Below are positions 41,701 through 54,900 of a stretch of DNA of 64,000 nt, one piece after another; the stretch's first letter is position 1, and the number at the start of each line of letters is the position of its first letter. Under the pieces are notes generated by a model. That model saw only the letters and a program-made list of their open reading frames with translations, was not told the DNA's origin and ran no database searches. The translations under genes were made by a program, and so were the position numbers. The DNA comes from Obrimoposthia wandeli (taxonomy: Eukaryota), in NCBI GenBank assembly GCA_977020255.1, contig CDROCS010002437.1, positions 186,001 to 250,000 of the forward strand, read 5' to 3'.

Positions 41701-44095
41701 ATTATAATCCGTAAAGATCGCTCAAGCAACCTTAAGGAAAGAGGTGTCGACCTGATTCCATTCATCAAAGTCATTCCCAACCGTGACCGATGTTGATTCG
41801 ATACCACATTGTGTGATAATCTGCCATAAGTTTTCATGAACAAAAATAAAAGAGAACCAGCAAGGAGAAACTGGTGGATACTAATAGCTACCCAAGTGAC
41901 AAGCACCATTGCAAAAGGTAAACATACAGTATATTCAGTCAACACAAAATCCGCTCGACGAACTAAGTAAAAACTGTGAGCATTTACTGTAACCCGATAC
42001 CAGTTGGATCTTTGGAACGATTGAATGACAACAGAACTTGTCAGTATTAATATTAAGACCATACAATATAAAAGAAATTGAGACTGAAACCTTATATAAT
42101 TAGGCAGCGTACTACACATATCTTCAATTGTGTTCCGTGTGATGAACATATTCAGAATCTGTGTGGTTAAATCTCTATGCTCACTGGAGACCATCAAAGA
42201 TCCATTGAAAGCATCACCTATCGCGGAAGTGGCCTTTCCTAACAAAATCCTTTCTTGTGACTGATAATCACAGACAAAATGTGCTGTGTTAGCTTAGTTA
42301 GGCTTTCAAACTGCTTCAGCTTGATCGATGTTACGAGCTTCTGACCAGCCAGCGTCATATCCGAATATCTTAAAATATCTTAACATACGTTAGTTCACTA
42401 GTCTGAAGTCAGATAAAAATGAATTATATAACCAAAAGCTTACGTCATTATCAACAAAATGCTTCACTGTTAATTGATAATCTGTGCGGTCATCGGTCAA
42501 ATAGTCTGGACTGATTCCCACATCAGTTAGTGAACTAATAAATCCAACAATTTGAACATAAGAAAAAAAAATTATTTAATTCTACAACTTTAGTTGTGAA
42601 AAAAGTATCTTCAACTTCTTTAAATTGTAAGACGGATAAAAGTCCATTTCTTAATTTGATTTTAAAATTTATTAAAAAAATATTTTATTGTTAAAATCAT
42701 TGTATAATTTGCTGTGTCTTTTGATAGATGAAGCCAACTTCTTAAAGTTCAAAACCGTCAAAAGAAATTTTAAGCAAATAAATACTAAAAATATATCAGT
42801 AGTATCAAACATAGTTCAATTAAAATTATATTGTCTACATGATGGAAAATCTGAAAATATATTTAATTGTTGGTCAAATTAGGGGTACAACCGCCGTTGG
42901 AATAGAATATCTCCGTATGTGTTGTGAAATATCAAGTGCAAATAGTTTTATTGGAATCAGCTAGTCGGACAGGACGGTTTCTGAGCATTTTATAGTTTAA
43001 ATGTGCTTATTTATAAAGATATTTGTATTTGTATATAACCATGTGGTTTTAATTTAGACTCATTTTTTACAGTGAAATCTCAGGACGATCTATTAAAAGA
43101 ATCTATATTGAATGTAACCATGATCATTATCAAACAATGCCATAATTGCTCTGTTTCTATTTTAAATATATCTTTCAAGCTTGGTTAGATTATGAAATTA
43201 ATTATACAATATTATTTTGCTATGTAGATTTTGAATATTTATTGTTATTATTTACTAATTATTATGGATTAAATAATATTTGATGTAATTATAATCATGA
43301 CAAATGATTTTGTCAATTGAATCCATCTTAAAGAATGCTCACGAGTATTGAATCAGTATTTTTCAAAACAATGACTCTAGCTCATTAATTTTGTCTATTT
43401 TAAAACAAGAAAACGAACAGGAAATTTTACAGAATCAATAATCCTCTACTCTGAGTTAACGATGGATAATTTAAATTGCATTTACGAGTAGCTAATTTAT
43501 AGCTGCTATAGTCAGCAGCTCTGTGGAGTCAAAAAGTCAGTTTCTCTCTGACACCGTTCATCTGAGCTTCCGAGACTGTTTCCTGACTCGATAGACTGGA
43601 GCTAACAAGCGACAAATTATCTGCTTGAAGAAAATATTATTCAAACTACAGTGACATGCTGCTTTTAGAACAATTATAAAAACTCTCTAATCTCGATTTT
43701 AAGAGCTCCGTGCGTCTCTTATTCGTTTTATTTCGAGAAATCGATGTAGCAAGAATATTAACTTGTTGAGGAGACGAACATTGTGATTTGTGACATCAGT
43801 AGTCTAACTGCCTTTGTCTCTATCAAACAACAGTTCACAGGAACGGATTCCCAATGAGTCAGATGTTAAATGACAGTCTAGGGACAGATATGATTAAAAA
43901 TGAACCTAACTTCTTTATCAAATACACATTTTTACAAATTCATCAAAAATTAAAGCGTGTGTGACAATCCTGACATGCATTATTAGTCCTAAGCTGATTT
44001 AGCAATTCTTGAGTATTTTCACAAATATATTACATAACATCTTCAGGATCTACAATCCCATTTGATAGGATATTCTCCTCTGCTTGCTAGCAGTA

Positions 44096-44274
44096 CAGTA
44101 ATTATTCACCTGTAAGGGTATTCATTAAAACATGTTTTTGAGAGAGACCGACACCGAATCACTTATAGATGCATTATTTAAAAGCTTGGAAAGGTACTAT
44201 TATAGGTGAAGTGTGAAATTTTCGGTGACCAGACACCCTTATAGGTGGGACCCCTTATAGGTGAATAATTACTG
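44096..44274. mobile_element. 179-bp pogo/Tigger-type (Tc1/mariner superfamily) MITE
   Basis: 23-bp TIRs CAGTAATTATTCACCT(G/A)TAAGGG with 1 mismatch; TA on both flanks (44094-95, 44275-76); extra subterminal CCCTTATAGGTG copy. Confidence 0.9.
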
Positions 44275-46798
44275 TAACGGCTGAGTTAGAAATCTCAGCT
44301 AAACCAGTTAGTTTTATGTCGGAGAATACGAGAGCTTAATTGACTTCATTTCCGATTCGCAATTACAACAACTGTTGAGTTCTTTCATTGAAAACGTACT
44401 CAAATTTGGGTTTATCTGCAGTTTGAGGGGTTTCTTTCACTAAAACTCTCTTATGCTAGGCAGGACTTTCATTTACACTGCAATTAAAAAACAAAATACC
44501 GCAACAGACTTGATGGCGTGCCAGATTTCAGTATTCACATATCAAGTAACGTTCCTAATGTCGCCAGGATTATCCATTTAAAGTTTCAAATCCTAAATTG
44601 TAACACTAAAATCCAAAAATTGCTTTTTTTTAGTTTTATTCTTATATAAATTTCAGTAATCGTTGCTTTTTTATTTGTAGAAAGAAATATTTTTATTAAA
44701 TACACCACATTTTCGGATTACATAAGGGAGGTCAGTTATTTAATAATTATTTGTATAGCATATTTAGATTAGAAGAGTATGTGGTCTAAGAAAACAAATT
44801 AATGTATTTCATTCCTGGAAAGGTGGTTAGGGAAGTTATGGTCATTTCCAAGTCCAAAATTATGTCAACGAATTAATGACCATTGTCACACCAAATATTT
44901 TCAATTTCCCGCAAAAATTGCTTTAATCCGACTATGACCATACATTCCGCCAGCTTCATTTGTGTATTGAAAAGAATGGTTTGCGGGTGGATCTTTAATA
45001 CAGACTAAGACTTCCTTTTAGTAGATAATTGTGTCACGGAGTGTAACAGTTTCTAGGACACTAGATATATATTTGACATTTGGAATAACTTAATCAAGAA
45101 GTTGTAGGGGAAGATAGCGTAGATAGTTTTTTGAGGAAAATTTGTGTGTTTCTAATTTGATTTGTGTTCTTCCCATTTTCAATCAGCGCGTGGAAGAGTA
45201 TTTTAACTCTGTCAGCAATAAAAAAGTTAAGCTGAAAGCATACTCAAATGTTCTTCAACTGTCACAACACCAAATCGAAGAAGAAAAAGCAAGCACCAAG
45301 ATCATATCGGTTAGATCTGACTGCGAAGGGTTATGGATGTTTGAAGGTATGGCTCTGTGCGGGTTTGTGGAGATCTTAGCGGGTATAAATATACTTCGAT
45401 ATCAAGAATGTAGAATGAGTTTGATGGGGAAATATTTATCAGTCTTAACAGCTTTAATAATTAAGAAAGCCATCGCCTGTTTTTGTAATTGAAAGAAAAT
45501 AATGGATAGAAAAGAAACATAACCAATTTTCGTAGATAGCACATCAGAGATAATTGTTGATATTTTATTGCTCAACAATCGCTATTAATCTACACGGTGG
45601 AAATAGTAATTATTGCTTACCATTTATGTATCTTCACACAGGCTGCTTTCCCAGTCGAGTACATTTCTCTGCAGCTACAAGCCCGTTGATACAATCGCGA
45701 ACTCATTGTGTGGTTTTAAATTTCTACAAATCAATATTTAAATAGGATGAAGAAATTTCAGTTTTCTGAAACATTACAATCTATTTCTTGTCGACATTTG
45801 CGCCAATTATATTTATTGTCCTAACAAATAAGACTGGGATCAACTTGACGAAATCAACCAAGTCGAAAATAGTCACAAAATGTTTCCTACAAACATGATA
45901 GAAAATAAATCAATTATAGGAAAAGGAAACTTTTATTTTAACTTAAAATTTATTTTGAAACTGTTTTTAATTTATAATTTATTTAGATAAAAATGCATAT
46001 TTGTAATTTTAGTAGTATATTTCAGACGAGAAATAATTTCATTATAAAAGAAATATCATTAATATTTTAAAAAAAATTAACTAATAGTGATTCTTTTCCA
46101 AAGTTATAGGGTCTTTTCAAAATGGCATCCTCTATATGTTTACAATGTAAAAAAATATTTTTATTGGGCACTAATTCGGTTAATCGAGCAAGTTATCACA
46201 ATAAATGATACATTAATCATTTGAAGTTATATTTATTCTGATATTTTGATATTTTTACAAATGTTGAAGATTTTATTTATACGTTTTCTCAAAATCCATA
46301 TTCGAATTTTTTCAAAGCTAAATTTAAAGATTTAAATTTGCATTAAGAATAAGGTTACTCAAATCTACAATATCGCCTATTCAACTAAACGCTGAGAAAC
46401 TGAGATCTGAGAGTTCACCATCAAATACGAAACGGTATCGAGATGACAAAAATTCCGAGCCAATGCTGAACGTGGAGTTCCATTGACAAGGCCATTGTTG
46501 ATGGTGAGAGCAGAGGCAATTAAGCCGCATCGATTTCACTACAACGACTGGGTAGTTTAATAGATACGCACATGGAGGGAAAGGTTATACATGTGTTGAA
46601 TAATTACACTACCCTGCATTCTGGAATCGCATGGGCCTTTGTCGACAAAGATTATTCAACAGATCCCAACTGCTACAAATCAAATTCAAAGACATGAGAA
46701 GAGGTTACAAACCAGGGGGCCTATTCATCAATCGATGCCAACATACCTGGCTATGATAAAAACATTTAGAATACCGAGGACGCCATCCAAATCATTCT

Positions 46799-46935
46799 GG
46801 ATGTGTGACTTCTGGCACAAACCGCCTCCCCGACGAGTCATGTCTCTGTGGTAAAGATATGTGACTCATCGATGACCCACGTTCTTTGCTCCGTTCTTTG
46901 CTCCTTGAGAAGTCTCTGACAGAAGTCACACATCC
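46799..46935. repeat. Inverted repeat cassette with perfect 16-bp arms
   Basis: GGATGTGTGACTTCTG at 46799-46814 and CAGAAGTCACACATCC at 46920-46935; internal tandem GTTCTTTGCTCC x2. Confidence 0.85.
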
Positions 46936-48434
46936 ACCTACTAACATATATTGTGCAGCGAGACATCGAATTGTTTTCTTGTCGTGACACTCTGCAGTAG
47001 GAGAGAAAATATTCCAGCCAAAAAAACAAATTACTTTGGACGAGTTCTCTCTTAGTTCTCTTACATATTTGGGCTTATTTTCATAGGGTGGGCCAGAAGT
47101 TTTCACGGGAGTAATACATTTTTTATCATTTCATATTTACCACATTTATAATTTATTTTGCAAATCAGAAACCATGGCTAAAAAATGCAAACTATAATCC
47201 ATATACACGATAGATAACATAGGGTGTTGCATAAATACGGTAAAATTCCACATTATTTAAGTCATTAGTTAATTAGCAATATGAAGAGCGATCAAAGCGA
47301 ATATACAAAAGAGTGTCGCACATGGTCTCAATTTGATTATCTGAATTTGACCAAAAGAAAAAGGGCACGATGTTAATAGGACACATAAGCCGCAGATGAG
47401 AGTACTATTAAACAGTGACGAAGTAGAACTGGAAGACCCAGCAAATGAGATGATCATGCTGGCTTGGTCATTGAATCTATTACCAATGAGCCTACGACAT
47501 ATACAGAAGATTATCAGAAGAAGAACATATTTTAGTACAACAGACCTGCAGCTAAAACCCCGGAAACGTACCACAGTTCTATTTTTGACCCCTGAAGACG
47601 ATGCAAATACTGTACGTTTGAGGAACAAGCCATATTTCTAAGATGAATGTGCGGTTAGTACGTCTAGTAATCTTCTAATGTGGTCAATATCCCGATAACG
47701 ATAGGTGAAGCCATTGGAGACCGGTCATTACATACAACTCCTCACAGTGTTGTCATGTACATATTGTACATATTAAAAATAAATGTGTAAACACATGTAA
47801 ATCCATGTTGATTCCGTAGAAACGTTTGGTTCACCCTGTATTAGTTATCAACATATAATCAAAATAAATGCATATTTAAGCATGTGAAGCTGTGTGTATA
47901 AGAAAAGACAATCCTTCATTAAACATTCAATCGTCTCAAGCCTTTACAAATATTTTAACAGTGTTGTGTACTTTTTAATTTTGTGACTGTTGCATAATGC
48001 TAATGATCTACTGTTTATTTTCATACATGTTTTTTAAATAGCATTCCCTTAGTGGGGCTTAAGTGGCGCTAAGTACATTTTACTAATTGCAACATTTCCA
48101 TGTAGGGAGCATTGTAATATTCCAATGCTCTTCTTATTGTAAGGACATTTATTGGTTTAGATTTCTATCCTTAGCTGATACGTGTAAAAATTATAGAAAC
48201 ATCAGATTTTTAGAGTTAATAAAACTATATTATATATCTATAGAATCTGTTAATGCATGTGAATTATATTGCAATTATTCAATTTAAAATATATTTTCAC
48301 ATAAAAGTAGGTATAACTTCCCATTAATTATTTAGAAAAAACGGTTACAACTCTGCAAATTCATTTAAAACTAATTTTTTTCTGAACATGTATCAAAATT
48401 TTTATTTAGAAGAGCATTTTTTCTTTAACTCATA

Positions 48435-49750
48435 CAGTGCTGGACAAAATATAAGCCAGTAAAAAATATGTTCACAATTATTCAAAATTAAATAATTTGT
48501 AAGAGATTTAAAAATACAATTTTAGAATCTACTATGAGACATAATATCTTAGTTTCAATATCAATTTATTTTTCGGCAAAATCTCTATCGGTTTTTGAAA
48601 AAAATAGGTTTAAGTAAACAAAGACGTATTTTTTTATTTATTTACATTGGACAAAAGTGGCTTATAATTTTTTAAAATTTACAATTATTGGTAATTAATA
48701 ATTTTATAAATATAATTGATTATTTTTTTAAAATAATTTGGTTTCTTGAATGTGTGATCTACATTTTTCATAAATTTTTTTTAGATTTATGGCACGTGGA
48801 AATGGTTTAACAGAAGAAGAGAAGTGTAACATTGACCGTTATAATAATGAAGGCTTGAACCCATCTCAGATTGCAGAAAAGTTGACAAGAAGTAGAGGTG
48901 CTGTTAGAAATTATTTAGAAAATAAAACAAGTGGGCAATTGGGCCGTCCTAGGTCATTAGATGGTCTAAGCAGCTATTGGCACGACAAAAGAATGCCTCC
49001 CATGTCAAAAATTAGAAGACAGTGTAAAGGCGGTGGTATCATGATTTGGGGTGGATTTTCGAAAGAAGGGTTAACTAGTTTATCATTCATAAATGTTAGG
49101 ATGAACTCTGAAAAATACCAAGAAGTTTTGACAGACCATCTTCTACCTTTTACGCAAAAATTTGATATTTTTCAACAGGATAATGCGAGTGTACATGCTT
49201 CTCAATCCACTAGAACATGGTTAGCCGAAAACAATATCAATATTTTAGACTGGCCAGCATGTAGTCCTGATTTAAATCCAATAGAAAATCTTTGGGGCAT
49301 TATGGTTAGAGATGTTTATGCAGATTCAAAACAATATGCATCTGTTAATGAACTGAAAACTGGCGTTTTAAGAGCCTGGGAGAAAATAGGACAAAACACA
49401 ATTGATACACTAATTCATTCAATGCCTAATAGGATTTTTGAATTAATTTTAAAGAAAGGAGCAAGCACGCATTATTAGATTTTGTAATTATTTATTTATT
49501 AAAATATCATAAATTAATTAAGTGGCTTATATTTTGTCCAATATAAATAAACTAAATTTTGTTAGTTTTTTATATTTTTGATGATAAAATTTAAATTAAT
49601 TATCAAAATTTCTAAAAAATAAAAATATTATATTAATAAATGTAATAATAATTATGTTATTCAATATCACTTCGATTCTACTATTATTTATTTCCTTTTT
49701 TTACTAAAAACATGAATAAAATATACTGGCTTATATTTTGTCCAGCACTG
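48435..49750 (+). mobile_element. Young Tc3-like (DD34E) element, internal deletion derivative, 1316 bp
   Basis: Perfect 27-bp TIRs CAGTGCTGGACAAAATATAAGCCAGTA (48435-48461 and 49724-49750), TA flanks, inner repeats at about 48646-48666 and 49520-49542. Confidence 0.95.
48789..49478 (+). CDS. Tc3-like transposase with an in-frame internal deletion (229 aa)
   Basis: N-terminal HTH (MARG..L...RSR..VRNYL) and GRPR, then jumps to DGLSSYWHD. Retains GGGIMIWGGF, QQDNA and WPACSPDLNPIEN (D34E counted); lacks the second HTH and the SDE first Asp. Confidence 0.88.
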   Translation: MARGNGLTEEEKCNIDRYNNEGLNPSQIAEKLTRSRGAVRNYLENKTSGQLGRPRSLDGLSSYWHDKRMPPMSKIRRQCKGGGIMIWGGFSKEGLTSLSFINVRMNSEKYQEVLTDHLLPFTQKFDIFQQDNASVHASQSTRTWLAENNINILDWPACSPDLNPIENLWGIMVRDVYADSKQYASVNELKTGVLRAWEKIGQNTIDTLIHSMPNRIFELILKKGASTHY

Positions 49751-51589
49751 TAGTTCAATAGATTATATTTAGTTTTCTCACAGCCCTTTACGTTTGCAAT
49801 GTGGGCCAGTTGGAGTGAAATTGAACTTTTATGAACTTTTGTCGTTTGATTTAATCTCCTCCAGCTGTCAAATAAGTTATTAAATATCGCCTTAAATATA
49901 AAGCATGTTTCGAATATTATGACCTTGTTCTTTTGCCAAGTCTATCTTTGCTTTCTCTAGAATTGTTAAAGAAGATCCTCTCGACATTTTGTAATCCTTT
50001 TTGTTGTTGTTATAAATGGAAAATATACTTATTACACAATGTGAAGATTTTATTCATAAGAATGTTTAGTTTTATTCACATTCGAAATGGACAATTTTTG
50101 AAGAATTACATGTTACAAATAGAACTCTGTGAAATGAGCATATTTGTAAATTTTTGGAATGTCTTTGGGTTTATCAATAATTGTAGAAAATGCAAGTTAT
50201 GGTGAGATGGTACTTTTATTAAATATTGGAGCCGTATTCATTATGATTTAAGCAGGTCATGGGACAACTTCTATCAAAGTACATTAAAATTGTTCAATTT
50301 GACCTATAATAAATATGATTAATTATAAAGATATGCAATAATACCTAATAATTTGAATTGTGCGTTTTTTATGACGTCATTCAGATTATAGTGAAACAAA
50401 TAACCTAAAATTATTAAATGAAATATTATTATATAACTACTAATAATTATTTAATAACTTTATTAAGTTACATATAATAAAATTTCTTGATAAAATTTGA
50501 AAATAAAATATACTTATAATTATAAAATCATATTCTTATTTTTTTTAACAAAATGTGCATTAATTTTGGCGTATACTATAGTAAAAAGTTTTTAAAATGA
50601 ATTTCGCGTCTGTGTGTTGCTGTTTAGTATCAAATTATCAAAAGTGTTTAGGAGGATTATGCTACGAAAAAAAGTTATTACTATATTGGAATTATGACTT
50701 AAAACATACAAAGTTGCACATTTATGAAACAAGCCCATACGGCAAGTACATTATGGATAGTTGCCATCGACGCCTCATTGGAATTGTTGAAATGTACACC
50801 ACGCTCGGTCAGCTTATATTTGAGAAAGATATTCTGATTGGCGAATGATCTCGAACCTTCTGGTCTAAAATGGCTCTGTGGTCACCTAGGTTTGTCACCT
50901 GCACCATCAATCCAACCACTGTCGTAAACTCCTGGGTGGACATTTCTAAGATGGACCCATTTGTCATCCGCACCATTGTCAATATTATATTCAAAGAAAT
51001 TAATATTGATACTTGGCTGTTTGGGTGTGAAAATATTGCCACTATATATTTACCTCGAATACATACTTTCTTATCAGAGATCTAATTTGAAATATCAAAT
51101 ACAATATTGTTAAATCTTCTGAAAGTAGCTAGAAAGCAAATAAAAATAATTGATATCCTGCGAGTTTGGTTCCTGCTCCTGGCGTGTCTAGAAGAAATCT
51201 CATATTACACCTAATGATTATTTTTAAAGTAAACAAGTGCAACACATAAATTATATAGTGATATTGAGAGAGATATTTGTTCAAATATTTGCAGGCGTGA
51301 ATTTGTGTGAAAGTAGAAAAGACAGCTTGTTTATGTAGGCCTGATTTTGATCTTCTGTAAGAAGTACTGATTTATGACTTGGTGATGATTACGACAGGAA
51401 AATAGTTAAAACCCCGATGACTTGTCTGAATATTTTAACATTTTCGATATTTTCGTAACCATAGATTTACGCTTTGCTCGTCACGTTTATTTAGACACAA
51501 TTCATGTACTTTATGCAACCTTTGATGAAAATTGAATAAAGTGCAACAATATGATACGTTCATATCAGTGGCGTGAAGCCGGTAAAATA

Positions 51590-51970
51590 GCACATGCAAT
51601 ACTCCAAATGTTATGATACAGGTGAAACAATTAATTCAGATTCATATTGCATCGAAATCGATACATCTTATCAGATAAATTATTTGAAAAAATCTCAGTT
51701 TAGCTAATCGGAAAGGATTACAATACAATACCAGACCACATATTTCAATTGGAACACAGGATAAATAAAGTAACTTAAAGTATGAATCCCTTCAACATTC
51801 TCCATGCTTAGGACCTGGCTCCAACTGATTTTCATATTTTCAAGCAATTATCAACATTTCTGAATGCTAAGAAATTGGAAAATATAGAAAATCTGAAGCA
51901 TAAAAATTCAAGCCGGTTTTGAATCTCTTACTTTGGTGAAATGTAAAGAAACAGAAGGGACTTATTTCGA
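51590..51970 (+). mobile_element. Degenerate mariner transposase C-terminal fragment
   Basis: Reads GETINSDSYC, ANRKG..NTRPH, HSP..DLAPTDFHIFKQLSTFLNAKK. Confidence 0.7.
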
Positions 51971-54900
51971 TTAATTATTGTTTCCATGTGCACATTTACC
52001 TGGTAATTTTATTTATTTAAACCCTTCATTGATTCTGCAAGCTAATCAGTATAACAGTATGTGTTAACAAAAGTATACTAGGACAGGAAAAGTAAATTTT
52101 CAATTAACTAGATTATCATGTTTTCCCGATTCCAGTTGGAAAAGGTCTTATCCAATTGCTATAAAAAGCGTTGAAGTGGTTTAGATTTGAACTAAATTAC
52201 GACATATTCTACATAGATTAATTCTCGCGAACTGAACAATAAGACGACTCACGCGGCTCAGAAAGATATGAGGTGATTTTGCTTAGACAGGAATGCGGCA
52301 CATTCGAATGAACGAAACATCAGTCGCAATCGTAACCGCTCTTCATCTCGGTTTCTTGCAGTGATTTACATTTTGATTTAATTACAGGATTGAAAATACG
52401 GATAAACTGTGATATCATGTAGTCAGTTAATCGCTGAAAATGAATTAGCAAGTACCTGTTAGAGATTGTAGTTAAGCATCGGTAATCCATATATTGACAA
52501 TTTAATTTATTACTAAAGGGCGATATTTTTAAATATGAAATCTTCAGACCTTCACACGAACTTAATTATCCTTTGAAATTTTATCAATCACAATATACAT
52601 TTCAATGAAGATTATAGATTAATTATAACCATTTTTCATAAATTCATAACCGCAGCTTCGGCAACTTTTCAAAAGGATCTGACTAAAGTGAAGAAAACAT
52701 TATTACTTACCGTCAATATTTTTGATACGTTTCAGTTGAATTCCAAAACAATTTATTCTTAATATGAACTAGAGACAAAATTCTTTGAAACATTAAATAA
52801 TTTAATGTAATTTGAAACAACTTAATTTCTAAAATTTAAGATTGTATTGATAATGCTTGTCAAGGCTTTAAAATCTTTACTCGCGAATTGAATAATAGAA
52901 TAGAAAAATAAATACAACATACTTGAAAGAAAAAAACAATGGTACTCGAGAATATTTTGAATAAATATATTAATGATCATATAATGGTTTTTTAATAAAA
53001 AAGAAAACTATGCGCTATGTATGCTTAATTGCATATGCAGTATTTAATCTACCGAAACATTTCTCCTTGTAAGTATATGTCTAACGAAAATACTGAATTT
53101 AAGAATTACTGATTTCTTTAGACATAAAAGTAAAATAGCTGTATTTTTAAAATAAATTTGAAGGTCAAATATTCAAACAACACATAAAAAGAACACATAA
53201 AAGGTTTAGCTGATTATATACTAAAGATGAAACAAAACCCACACACAAGAAAACTAAAGGTTCATTTCACGAATTATACAAAAAACAACAAATTTTTATT
53301 AGACAAGGCAGTGTTAAAAGATAAATAGCTTAAGTCAAGAACATTTACATACCCCGAGTTCGATCAGTTGTCTGGGGAAATGAAACCGAAACTATTCAAA
53401 TCGGTTGTAAAACGTTTTTGCACAAACAATGAAACATACTTCAGATGAAATGAGAAAAGATCGAGGGATAGTTCCATTTAACAATTATGTCAGATGTATA
53501 CGAAGATTTCATTTATAAAAGAAATAAATAATCCAGTACGAAAACGCAGTGAAAAACTCGAAATTAATCTTAAAAGTACAGAGTAAAACAGCATTAAATT
53601 AAACAGAAGTGCTATATAAATATTGTCTTACTAAACCAAATGAATTTTTACATTAACGTATAACTTTTAATAATTTGCCACTTGCATAAACTGTGTGTTT
53701 CTGTGATTTTGGCTTCATTTACAGCTGTCAACTAATTCCGTGTAGGAAACGTAGATAAAACTTAAAGTACGGTAAAAATAAAATCACACTATATATGAAG
53801 TCATTCCGTCAGTTAGAAACATAATTAGAAACTTATATAAAAGTCACGATGACAGTAACATTTAATTTTTCATGAATACATTTTGTTACATAATTAACTT
53901 AGTTGACAAAATTATTTTGCTTTGTCAAATGATTACTTATTATACTGATTTCACTAGCAATATCTGAGGTTTTCACACAAGATTTTTCCCCTGTTGATAG
54001 ATTATATCAAGTAAGTTGACATTCTAAACGTTTTTGATCAATCAGTGATGTACAAATATATTTTTTTGAATTCGTAAAATTAATTCATTTCATTTTTAAC
54101 GAATAATGCATTATTTGTAGTGACGATTAGTAATACTTGCCAAAATATCATTGTAATTTAACACAGAATTAATACAATCACGTGGGTATAATATAAAAAC
54201 AAAAAGCATTTACTTAATAAGTAAAACGAGAATAATTAAACCATCTACATAATATTCAGTAAAAATAGTATTTAGCTAAGTATTTATTGTATATTTTCGT
54301 TTAGATGTCTTCAACGAGGCCGCTATGATCTATTTGTTCATCTACCTTGTACATTCAAGTTCAAAAATTCCATCGCGCTTGTGATACGATTGTTTATGTT
54401 TACGTCAACATCCACGGAAGTTCCATGATACCCATCACGACATAAAGCGCTTCCAGTTGTGCCAAAATCCATACGACAGTTTAGTCATTATAAAATGTAC
54501 GTAATAATCAGCCATTTCCCGGTTTAGTTGAAATTACGATATTCAACAGTCATTCAGAGAAGAGAACTTGAGATTCTTTGAATTTCATACTTTAATTCTC
54601 TCAAGTAAACAAGTTAAATAAACAATTATATTGAAAATTAAAATTACAAGATTGCGCTACAAATGATTTAGTAAAACAAAGATTTATTTAAAAATGTAAT
54701 CACGTACTAAAATTGTTTTATGAGCTTTTATATTTCAGCTGTCTAAGAAATAATAAGTATATTAGTAATAATAATACTTAAAAATGGTATAAATGTCCAA
54801 GAACAGTGCTATATTGTCTGTAAATGCATATTATCAATTTCAAATACACTTACAATCAAGATTGCGTCATAAAATTATTTGTTTTCACTGCAGTGATTTC

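Noticed and set aside
44815-44990. Further Tc1/mariner-superfamily C-terminal trace (ERWLG..., LHLCIEKNG)
   Set aside because: Too degenerate to support a feature call.
54390-54520. RTE-LINE-like fragment on the minus strand (GSALCRDG...VNNRITSA)
   Set aside because: Similarity too weak and short.
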